Below, piece after piece: positions 12,775 to 24,173 of a DNA stretch of 64,000 bases. The translations under genes and the position numbers were made by a program. The stretch's first letter is position 1. Each line of letters opens with the position of its first letter. The stretch lies in assembly GCF_030028105.1 (NCBI RefSeq), contig NC_092381.1, positions 54,214,505 through 54,278,504 of the forward strand. The letters are read 5' to 3'. Origin of the DNA: Mobula birostris (Eukaryota). Below the pieces are notes generated by a model. That model did not search any database. It was not told the DNA's origin and saw only the letters and a program-made list of their open reading frames with translations.

Positions 12775-13519
12775 CTGATTAAATTAGAAAACATCTTCCC
12801 TTATATTTGATTTTCAGAGTGAGTGATTAAAGTTAAGTGAAACCTTTAAAGAGAGCATTTTTGGTCAATTATTGTTTAGAAATAATATTAGTCACTTCAA
12901 CATAGTTAATTTCACACAAAGGTGTCAAAAACATTACTACAGAATTTCTAAAACCTGTCATGTGTTTGATATGAATGGTTTGTTTGCACAGAAACTCTTG
13001 AGACGACAAGGCAGGATTCTGAGAACATAAAAGTTTCAAACTGCTGTCAATTGAGTCTAATAGCTGACTTTATTACAGCAAGGTCATAAAAGGCCAAACC
13101 ATTGAAGACTGAGTAATTGGTCTGGGAATTAGTATCATTTAGCGTCTGCGAATTCAGCCTTGCCCACCTGCTATTACTGTTTGTTGGCTAAACAAAACAG
13201 ACATTAACTCATGAAGAAACTGAACCTTCTTTTCTGTACACTACGAAAATCAACATAACCTACATTATATTGTTAACTTGTGTAGTTTAGGTGAATAACA
13301 TCTGATTTCTAAAGAAACAGGTGCTTAGAAAGCATTTCAGAAACAAAAAGTAAACTATCTGCCACCATAAATTCAGTAAGTCCACAACAATTTGTTTTTT
13401 TCTTACAGATCAACTCCTAAATACAAGACTTAATACAGTAAGTATGTTAATAATTGTGTGCACTACAAGTGTATAAATGTTAGTCACTCCAGTGCTTAGG
13501 AACAGTACTTTTAAATAAG

Positions 13520-13785
13520 TCGAAGTTGAGTTTATTGTCATAGGCACAAGTACATGTATGCAGAGGTGCAATAGAAAACCTATTTGCAGCAGCGTCACAG
13601 ACAACAATCAGCTCTTTAGTTTTGCTGATGTTGAGCAAGAGGTTGTTGCTGTGGCACCATTCAACCTATCTTGCTCCAGTAGCTGATTATTTGCCACCTG
13701 CAATTTGTTCAACCGCAGTAGTGTCAACAGTGAGTTTGAAGATGGCATTGGTGCTGTGCATTGCCACATGGTCAGAGCGTGAGCT
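13520..13785 (-). mobile_element. Short Rex1-like LINE remnant
   Basis: Similar to 11300-11480 (ttgagcaagaggttgttgctgtggcaccattca). Confidence 0.55.
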
Positions 13786-14854
13786 AAGTATTATTCCAGA
13801 AAATTTGCGTATTTCCCAGTGAAGTTCAAGGGATTATTTATAAATCTTCCAAGGGCAACTTGTGGATATCATGATTCCACGTTTAGTAGCTGTGGTAGGA
13901 CTTTCTTTACACCTCTGGGTTGTGTGATAGTGTACTCAAACAATCTGGGCCACAAAATTATGTATAAGACCTTAACAGCTCAATCACTTTTTTGTTTTAG
14001 CCGACTGTCAGAGATGTCTAAGCCCTAAATATTTTTGATAATTCTGGAATATTCAAAAACCTTCTGAAAGTATAAAATGTAAACAAAATACCTTAAAAAC
14101 TGAGATTTCTTAAAAATAAAAACAGGCTGAATTTCCTATTGGTAATAATGGTGAACAATATTTTCATATCGCTATATCAAGAGTCCTCATTCAATTAATG
14201 ATAGGATTGACATCATTCAAAATAACCAATTATGATTTAAATTAAAGCAAGACAAGGAGAAAAATGTTTGGTCAGCTGTGGTGTTTAAGCTTATTTTTTT
14301 TTACCTTACACAGCTTTAATTTTTGTGGCATTGAAACAAAAAGATATTGCAAAATAATACCGGAAAATCTAGTGTAGAAGTATTAAAAAATACAGTTTAT
14401 GCTGTCATTAAAGTATTGACAATTACTATTTAATTCTATTTATTTAGAGCTCTTTAACCTTTTCTTTAAATATTTAATGACACAGTAGTGGATAGCTGTA
14501 AAAAGAAGAAGAGTTCTTTAAGTCTGGAGTTTAGTGGTGCGGAGGATGGCAAAGATAAATTTTCCTAGGTTGCAAAGACTTCCACCACCAATTTTTTGCT
14601 GAAAAAGTGAGAGGTCTTTTACACTTTAAGATTTGGCTACATCCAGAGTACATCCCTGCCAGAAAGGGAGCTGCTAAGCCAGGAGAAGCATTACTGTCTA
14701 CAAATTGAATGCATTAGCACCAGTTTTTCATGTGCAGATTTTGCACAACGGCAATATAACCAGATTAGATTGAGTGGCACGCTGCTCTCGATGAAATTGA
14801 ACCCTTTGGGAAATCGGCTTAAGAAACTCTGTCTGAAATTTTGCAATTGTCCTG

Positions 14855-15962
14855 GCACTGTCACACTGAGCATGGGGGCCCCCCAGGGCTGTCTGCTCAG
14901 TCCACTGCTGTTCACTCTGCTGACCCACGACTGTGCAGCAATACACAGCTCAAATCACATCATCAAGTTCGCCGATGATACGACCGTGGTGGGACTCATC
15001 AGCAAGAACGACGAGTCAGCACATAGAGAGGAAGTGTAGTGGCTAACTTGGAATGGTGCAGAGCCAACAACCTGTCTCTGAATGTGAACAAAAGAGATGG
15101 TTATTGACTTCAGGACAGCACGGAGCAACTGCTCTCTGCTGAACATCGACGGCTCCTCCATAGAGATCGTTAAGAGCACCAGATTTCTTGGTGTTCACCT
15201 AGTGGAGAATCTCACCTGGTCCCTCAACTCCAGCTCCATAGCCAAGAAAACACAGCAGCGTCTCTACTTTCTGCGAAGGCTGAGAAAAGTCCATCTCCCG
15301 CCCCCCAACCTCACCACATTCTACAGAGGATGTATCGAGAGTATCCTGAGCAGCTGCATCACTGCCTTGTTTGGGATCTCGGATCACAAGACCCTGCAGC
15401 GGATAGTGAAGTCAGCTGAGAAGATCATCCGGGTCTCTCTTCCCGCCAATACATACATTTACACTACATGCTGCACCCATAAAGCCAACAGCATTGTGAA
15501 GGACCCCACGCACCCCTCATACAAACTCTTCTCCCTCCTGCCATCTGGAAAAAGGCACCGAAGCATTCAGACTCTCACGACCAGACTGTGCAACAGTTTC
15601 TTCCCCCAAGCCATCAGAATCCTTAATACCCAGAGTCTAGACTGACATCTACATCATTTATTATTATATTGTAATTTGTCCTCTACTGTGCCTATTGTCT
15701 TGTTTATTATTTATTGTACTGTCCTGCACTGTTTTGTGTGCTTTATGTAGTCCTGTGTAGGTCTGTAGTCTAGTGTAGTTTTTGGGTTGTCTTACGTAGT
15801 CTAGTGTAGCCTTGTGTTGTCTCACTTAGTCTAGTGTAGTTTTGTGTTGTTTCATGTAGCACCATGGTCCTGGAGGAACATTATTTCATTTTTACTGTGT
15901 ACTGTACCAGCAGTTTATGGTCGAAATGACAAGAAAAGGCGACTTGACTTGACTTGACTTGA
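14855..15962 (+). mobile_element. Rex1/Babar-like LINE, 5'-truncated
   Basis: RT motifs GAPQGCLLSPLLF and KFADDTTVVGLI; C-terminus RLCNSFFPQAIRILN; (GACTT)n tail at ~15941-15962. Confidence 0.88.
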
Positions 15963-16014
15963 TAATTTGTGTAACCAATGATAACAAAGTCATACACTGC
16001 CTGTTTTCTCCCTT

Positions 16015-17330
16015 GATCACAGAATCATGCAGTACAGAATGTGTACTTTTGGGCACGTTACCTTTGCCAACCATTAATGTCTCTCAACATGAATCCTATT
16101 TGTCTCTAATAGGCATATATCCTTCTATGCCTTTCCTTTTAAACACTGTAATTGTATCTGCTGCTCTCGCCTGCCCTGACAGCTTATTCCTGATACCCAT
16201 CATGCTCTGTATTCGTTTCAGGCAACGTCCTAGTGAGTCCCTTCTTTAATTTCTCTATTGCAACCACATCCTTCCTGTAGTATGGTGATTAGAATTATAC
16301 ACAACACTCCAAATGTGGTCAAACCAGTGTTTTATACAGCTGCAATGTGATATCTCAACTCTTATATTCAATGGCTCAGCCTCTAAGCCAAGCATACAAA
16401 ATATTACCTTTATTACCCTATCCACTTATGTTGCCACGTTTAATGAGCTTCAGACTTGCTCCTCAGGACTCTGCATATCATTGCTCCTCAGGTTCCTGCT
16501 CTATGTCAAGGCCATTAACTTTAAATATCTTACCAGAATTTGACTTCCCAAGGAGCATTACCTGATTAAATTCCATCTGCCACTGCTCTGCCCAACTTTC
16601 CACCTGATCTATCCTATCGTGCTGTTCTATCTTTTGTATCTGCTGTATCTTCTCTAAAGATTGTCATCTTGTGGTTGAGGAGAGGCTTGTGAGTCCTGAG
16701 GTCCTGAAATTGATGCCCTCTGGAGCCTAGCTCCTGGCAGGGTCACCCATGGTGGTAAAGTCAAGGGGAAGGCTCCTGACAATGAGCGATACAATCAAGA
16801 CCTCAGTAGTGGAGCTGGTGGAAGATGATGACACATCACAATGTAGACGAAGGTGGAAGAAGGCTGCAGCAGTGAAGGCTCCCCAGATGTCTTGCATGCC
16901 CTGCCACTGGACCCGGACCCTGATCTGTCAAGGACTATGTGGTAGCTGCTCGTGCATCAAAATCCCCATGTTAAACAAAGTCATGCACAGGCATTCTCCA
17001 TGAAGTGAATAACCCCATGGGAGAACATCATACTCAATTTGAGTGACTACACTGCTATTACTACTGTTCTATGAATCTATAGATACTTTAATCACTATCT
17101 ATGACTCCATCAATTTTTAGTGTCATCTACAAACTTACTAAATATACCAACTGCATTTACTACAAACTAGTCCCTACAGTTTGCCACTTGTTACAGATTT
17201 CCAGTCAGTAAAAGCACTTATCCACCACAACACTCTGCCTCTTATTACTAGCCAGCTTTGGATCCAGTTTGTCAACATCTCTTGTGCCTTAACCTTCTGG
17301 ACCCGCCATAGGGAAGGCACATTCCCAGTC
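16015..17330 (-). mobile_element. Degraded CR1 fragments, split by an RTE-like 5' fragment
   Basis: Minus-strand CR1 hallmarks (gcagatggaatttaatc; gtttgtagatgacactaaaa; NWIQSWL). Confidence 0.55.
16660..17040 (+). mobile_element. RTE (Rex3/Expander-like) 5' region fragment
   Basis: gaggcttg...gctcctggcagggtcacccatgg...cctgacaatgagcga resembles recalled RTE 5' UTRs. Confidence 0.4.
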
Positions 17331-17369
17331 TGTAGGCTGTGGTAACAGGGGGCTGTTGTTTTGTTGTTC

Positions 17370-17562
17370 CTCTCCACACCTTGTGGTGCAATGGACAGCA
17401 ACCTTGCCACTTCTTTAGCATTTGTCTAATTCTTTTTTATGAGGCCAAGTTACCAGCTTGACACTCAACCTTGCATGGATGATAAGCATACAAGGAGCTG
17501 GATTCGAACCTGAGACCTCTCGCCTTGAAGTACGGTGTGGATGCCACTACACCACTGGCCAG
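17370..17562 (-). mobile_element. tRNA-derived SINE, head related to the 10291 copy
   Basis: Minus strand tggtgtagtggcatc...aggttcgaatccagctcc. Confidence 0.75.
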
Positions 17563-18907
17563 CATAATGGAGGGTTGATGACCCCTTTAATACCATGTTA
17601 TAATCCAATAAACTGTGCTAAACCAAAGAGTTTCATTTACAGTATGTTCCCCATTTTAGCAACTGGTACTCCTGAAGAAAACAACTTGCTGGCAAAACAT
17701 GCTGCTAGATCAAGGTGTGAATAATTCAGCACTCACGAAAAGGAAATAAGATAAGTAACCTCAGTAAAGCGTTTAAATGATTAAGGAAGAAAGTTTGAGG
17801 GGAGTACTTCTGGAGATAGTGTTTTTATGTTCTATGCCTCCATCTTCATCCAAGCAGAAAAATAAATCTTTATTTTTGTGCTGCATTTTCAGTCTTTCGA
17901 TGATCTGAGTTTTTAGGTTTCCACTTCCTTCAGTGCTATTCTGTGACACCATGGTATAAGACTCGTGAACCTTTCTTGCAACAGCATATTTTACTCAAAC
18001 AATTGAACGTCACCTTTAATCAAGTTATTCTGATGGAGAATCGATCAGAATCTGAACAGATGTTGCCCCTTGCATTGTCCTCTCAAGGAGTTAAAAATAA
18101 TTCTTTCCAATATGGTGCATTTACTAAATTATATTTCATTCTTTAAATTCTTATATATACAATCATTGCTTTTCAAAATATTTATATTAAATTTGGTATC
18201 CATGATTTGGTTTCTTTCTCATCACATGGTCTGAATTAGAAATTACATTTTGACAGAAAGAAGGTAATTGCTTGGGAGTTGAAGTTGTAGACATTTATAG
18301 GGTCACTTTGTGTTGTATTATAACTATGCCATCTGTCAATGTCTAATTATATCTCAACCCATCATCAATTATAATTGGTCAGGCTTCACGGTCTATCCTT
18401 GAAACACTACTGACCTCTAGTGGTTAGCCAAACTCATTACTAACATTATGGGAGAGATTTGCCCTTTTAAAGCCAAGTCCTTTCATAGTTTTCACAATTA
18501 TTCTGATAGAGATCGTTAGAGAACTAAAACAAAAATTAGATGAGTAACCATGTTTTTTTTCACTCAATGTTTAATTTTATAAACTATCATTACAATTACT
18601 CTGAAAGACACCAAATCAACTTTGTCCAGTATTCAGTCCGGTTAAATGTCAGGCAATGTTAGCCTGAGATAATTTATCCTCATATCAGAATATCAACCTT
18701 AGTTAACTTGGATAGAACAGGACCAATCAGTCAACAGATGTACTAGTCTAACATCTTTCTATTATTGGATTAGGGTGGTTTGTATATGTGCTTTTAATCT
18801 TTCTCTTGACCTTTTCTCTTCCAGTTACAATACCTGTCTCTATCAAGAAATTTAATCTCCCTCGTCCTGAATTTACCCTCTATAATATTTCCAAGTTTTA
18901 CACTCTC

Positions 18908-21301
18908 TGACACAGAGCAGCAAAGACCATTTAGTGGTGAGTGTAACTTTAATAATAAACTACAAAATGACAAGCCATGAGGAGTCACAAAATAAGAGAA
19001 AACCAGCACTTAATATGACAAGACAACAAGGTTACTATAGACTAGGAGCAACTAGTTGAGGATGACTAGTTCATATGAGTGAACAAAGATTGAGGATGAA
19101 AGTTGGGTTTAAATAGGTTGCAGGTGATGGGTTGGAAATGAGTGGCAAATGACTCCTGTTAGCTGGGTGGATCTGGGAGGTGCCTGTCTGTGCAGGCCTG
19201 ATAGGAGCCCCCATGCAACCCCACATCCAGCACCCGATAGCTCAAGATGATCTGGATGGATCCAGTGGAAATCCTCAATGAGCGATGGATCCAAGATGAA
19301 ACTGGGTGACACCCAACACCTATCCTCTGGGCCGTACCCTTTCCAATCAACCATGATTCCATCAACCGCTGAACCGTGTACGCAATCCTAGGTTCTGGAG
19401 GTGCAGACTCAGGTGAGTTGAGTGGTCCATGGACAACAGGTTTGAGGCAGGACCCATGGAAGATAGGTGTGATTCTGAGGATGGTGGACAATGAACTAGG
19501 GTGAGAGCTTGTGAGAGTTGATGCATAGGGGCAGATCTCGAGTGGAGAGCCAGACATGGTCCCCAAGCTGAGTAGTTTGGCTAGGCACTGTTGATAGTTA
19601 GCCTGGTTGGCAGCTAGGATGACCTTCCTTGCCCTCTTCCAAGCATTCAGGCAGTAGCGATCAGGGCCCTGGTAGACAGGATCACCACCATTGGCTCCTC
19701 CATGGGGAGAAAAGGGGTTTGGTAGCCATGAAGCACTTCAAAGGGTGACATACCCATGGCAGAAGTAGTGTGTAGATTGTGGGACAGCTCAGCCCAGAGC
19801 AGATACCTCTTCCATATTAACGTGATAAAGACAGTGAAGCATCACAGAAACTTCTGATTGGCTGTTTCTGACTGACCTGTGGATGATAGCCAGAGGACAA
19901 ACTCACTGAGTAGGGACAGCAGGCACACCAGAAGCAGGAGATGAATTGTGGGCTACTATCCAACACAATGTCCTGGGAGACAAGCCGCGGAGGTGAACTC
20001 CATGTTGGAGAAACAGCTCTGCTGTCTCAGTGGCTGATGGAAGTATGGGGAGGGAAATGAAGTGAGCTACCTTGGAGAACTGGTCCACTACTGGCATGGT
20101 CAGCATGGCCCCATTGGAAGGTGGCAAACACCTGACGAAATCCATGGCAATGTGGGACCACGCGCATCTAGGGACCACAGGAGCTGAGAAGGCTGCTGTT
20201 TGTTTTTATTAGTCTGTGCATGTTGAGGGTAGGCATTGATGAAGTGATGTACATCTATAGTCATGGTGGGTCACCAGAGCTGCTGTTGCAGAAAGTCCAG
20301 AATCCATCATGCACCTGGAAGGCATGACAGTGGTGAACAGTGGGCCCACTGGAGTGCCTCAGAGCACTCCGTTGCTGGCAATTGTCAGGTATGTCAGCCA
20401 GCTCATTATGTAAGGCCTGGCAGATCTGGTTCTTAAGGTCCCAGACAATTATGGGCCAGCAGCGCTTCTGCATTCCCACTGCATTTTGCTTCAAGGGTCT
20501 TCAATTCCATGAACTGAGTCAGAGCCTTGACACAGGTGAAGTATCTGAACTACACTGCCGTCCTTCCTCTTCCCAGATGGTTGAAAACAAGGTGCATTTC
20601 AGTGGTAAAATCTTCATAGTGGTTGCAAATAGAGGTTTTATTGTCCCAGCAGCAGTGGCCCAGGTCAGAGCTTTCCCAGTCCAAAGAGAAATGACGAAGA
20701 CAGCATGGCTCAGTCCATAATATACAGAGACAGCTGGAGGTCAAAGCGTAAGACACACTGGGGCAGGAAGTTGTGGCATCCGGTTAGGGATCTATTGAAG
20801 CGTTTAGGCAATGGAATCCGGAGCTCAGAGGGAGGAGGTTGACTGGTGCAGGGTTGCTGTATCGAGATGGAGATTTGGTTGAGAGTGACGAGTAGATGGT
20901 CAGTGGTTTCCTGCTGCATCTGGATCGTGTACTCGTGTCAATAATTGACTTCCTTTGGGCAAGCAAACTCTGCTGGGTCAATCGCTGGTTCACTCATCTT
21001 GACACAAAGTGTACAGCAGCGGAGACGATTTAGTGATGAGCGATAACGTTGATAATAAACTGCAAAATAACAAGCCATGAGGGGCCACAAAACAAGATAC
21101 AACAGAAACCTAACTCGACAAGGCAACAAGTTAACTGAAGGCTAGGAGCAACAGGTAGAGGCCGGCTGGTTCGATGAGTGAACAAGGATTGTGGATGAGA
21201 GCTGGATTTAAATAGGCCGCAGGTAATAATTTGGAAATGACTGCCAGTGACCCCTGTTAGCTGGGTGGGGTCTGGGAGGTGCCTGCCTGTGCAGGCCTGA
21301 C
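18908..21301 (-). mobile_element. Ty3/Gypsy chromovirus-type LTR retrotransposon, internally deleted
   Basis: Two related ~300-bp LTRs (18908-19202, 21000-21301); degraded gag (LRIPLPKRF...CHNFLPQC), integrase ([15 protein letters not shown]...[11 protein letters not shown]) and chromodomain ([14 protein letters not shown]) remnants; no RT seen. Confidence 0.85.
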
Positions 21302-21623
21302 CTGATTAGGTTCACACAATGGAAATGTGAGTGTATTCACCAATATGTGGATTTGCCATTGATCAAAGATTTTGACTGGAGAATTGAAAGTGCTATCATT
21401 TAATTCATCTTGGCCAAATCCAAACTCATGCTATCATCATTCTGAAAAGAAATCTGCTTTGCACCGTCATGAACTATACCATTGACCTTATTTCTTTGCC
21501 TCTTTGCCCCCCATACTCTAAAAGAAATGAAAAGATCTTATGCCTGCAAAAGATATAATGGCAGTGTGGCATCCCACTGCAGTTCCCAAATATTAAAATA
21601 ACTTTTAACAAATATTAAAATAA

Positions 21624-21757
21624 CAGTCCTGAAGAAGGGTCTTGGATCAGAATATCAACTGTATATTCATTTCCATAGATGCTGCCTGACCTGCTGAAAT
21701 CCTCAACATTTTGTGTATGTTGCTCTGGATTTCCACCATTTGTAGAATTTCTCAAGA
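21624..21757 (+). mobile_element. Short Penelope-like terminal repeat fragment
   Basis: agtcctgaagaagggtc...atagatgctgcctgacctgctg; flanked by the direct repeat attaaaataac. Confidence 0.7.
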
Positions 21758-22774
21758 TTAAAATAACTTGTTTCCGACTACAATGTACAAATGCAATTGT
21801 CTGTTTTATGGAAGTTGTGTTTTTAGTTTAAAGCCTTTGCCCATTCTGCAAAAGTTTCATCTAATCTTTGCTAAATATATTTTTAAAGAAATCGTAGACT
21901 GTTCGCATCTTTAATTGACAATTTCATCCTTGCAGCTGGTGTTCCTTCCTTCACTCCCACCAAACACCCACCCACCCCAAGCCTGATCTGCACCATGCGT
22001 GCATAGAGTGAAATCCATCTACTCAATGAAAAATGCCTCTTTCATGTGAGTTGTTTTGGGACATGTACGTTATTTGCTTTCTATGGTACCAGAATAAGGA
22101 TCACTCTGGTAGTAGTGGAAAGAACATTTGAAATTTTGCAGGAGTTACTTCTGCCCAGATTTTCAAAAGAAACATTATTCATATTTATACTAAATCTTTA
22201 ATCATATCTTTTATATTTCCTGTCTCAACGATATCCAAAACACCCACTCCCTGACCCAAACCTAACTAAACTTCCTTGTCATGTTTCCGATAGATCTGCC
22301 TCCTGACGACTGTGCACTTAAAATACTAGATCGCCAGCGTTCACTGGGTCATCACTCATAGGTGATGAGAGCGAGCAAGGAACCAAGCCTGAATCACATG
22401 ACATCTACATGTGTGTACTTCAGCCTTAGCATTGCATATCACTGTATAACCAGCAAGCTAGCGGGCTTTCCATTACCCTCACCTTCCAAAACTACACAGT
22501 CCAGTTACGACAATCTTAATGCTGAACCAGTTGATATTTCACAGAACCAATTTCAACCTAATCAGGATGCTGATTTCAAAACAGTGGTTACATCTCTACT
22601 TCCTATTTGTTTTTTCTGAACAATATTCAACACAATCCCATAGGTTTTCTAGACCATTGATTAGGTTCAAATGCTCCTTCCCAACCACCACTTTTCATGA
22701 CTCAGGAGACGTAATCTTGGAAGTTCCCCACGCTGTGTGACATGACTGCATGTTGAACCTTCCAGCTGATCTTT

Positions 22775-23205
22775 GCAAGTTCAAGTTCGAGTTTATTGTC
22801 ATCTGATTGTTTTGTTTGGTTGTATGTACTATGTACTGTACAATGTTCCTACGGACCACAGTGCACTCACAAAAAAAAAATCACACAGCACATTAAACAA
22901 AATATTACCACAAATAAGTTAATAATATATAATTCAAAGTGCATGTAGTGCATAGCATGGTAAACAGTAAACAATACATTAAACAGTAAACAGCTCTCTA
23001 TCCCAGTGATGAAAAGATAGTGGTGGCAAGAATTTCATTAGTCTCGCAGCCCGAGGGAAGAAGCTGTTACCCAGTGTCTGGCAGTCCTAGTCCTGATGCT
23101 CATGTACCTTCTTCCTGATGGCCGTGGGTCAAAGAGATTGTGAGATAGGTCGTAGGGATCCTCAACATTGCTTCAGGTTTTTTTGTATACAATGCTCCTG
23201 TAAAC
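22775..23205 (-). mobile_element. Rex1-like LINE 3' end
   Basis: caagttcaagttc tail, aagaagctgtt and cttcctgatgg motifs like the other Rex1 copies. Confidence 0.65.
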
Positions 23206-24173
23206 GTCACATTTGTAACCTGGCCTGCTAACTTACCCAGATTTTGAGTTTTCAATCAGCTTTCATCCATGGTCAGTTTTCTCAATGTTATAATTAATGA
23301 CCTCAAGCTCCACACAAAAGAAGATCTTCAGCTATTGGTTCAATATATAACTTCTTACTTTAGAAACATTGTATTATATTGTTCGAAATTATACAATTCA
23401 AAGTTGCTAATGTGTAGGTTGCTTAAATAGGCAGTTAACTTACATACTCAGTACAAACAAATTTGGAGAGCTTGCAGAAAGGATATACCATTGTAGACCA
23501 TTTTTATCAGTAAATAAAATGAACCAACAGTTGATCCCAAAGCAAGCCAACTGTACAACTGTGGATTTAACTCAAAATGTTTTGGGTGAATTCTCTGCAA
23601 GCAGTTTGAAGGATTTCCCTCTTATCATTGGTTGTATGTTGTTGTTTCGCATTAGGTTCTCAACACAAAGAACTAATGGACTCCAGGCAACAGTAGCTAG
23701 GTTGCAGATTTTCACGTCACTTCTAACAGCCCACTAACAGAACAATTACTGGATGGCAAACACAACTGCTTGGGTTACAGAAGAGCAAACTGACTTTCTT
23801 TGACAGTTTTATCCTCAAGATATCAAGGACTTCCTCAAGAATTTCTTCTGAAGATCAAATAACCTGTTTTCCAACATTTTAAATATTATTGTTGTTTTGG
23901 GACAAAGTTATTAACCTGGTTGCCATGGCACTATGGAACAACTAAGGACTCATTCAAGAACTCATCTTATGCAATTAGTGGACTTACTGTGCGCATGAGG
24001 CTCTGAGGACACTATTTTAACTGCTTGATAACCCAGGCATTTAGCCATGGACTACACTGTTTACAAAATGTGTTGAGCTTCATTGCTTCAAGATTTGGCA
24101 ATTGCTAGAAAGACAAACTCTTCTGATCCTGTTCAATTCATTGATTAATTTGGATTCATGTCAATCTGCAACA

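Noticed and set aside
16660-16800. HDV-like ribozyme at the RTE-like 5' end
   Set aside because: I did not identify the nested double pseudoknot by eye, and the element assignment itself is weak
24102-24173. 24-aa N-terminal extension of the CARD-ANK ORF given in the track
   Set aside because: It starts at TTG; the first ATG (24174) matches the expected Caiap N-terminus
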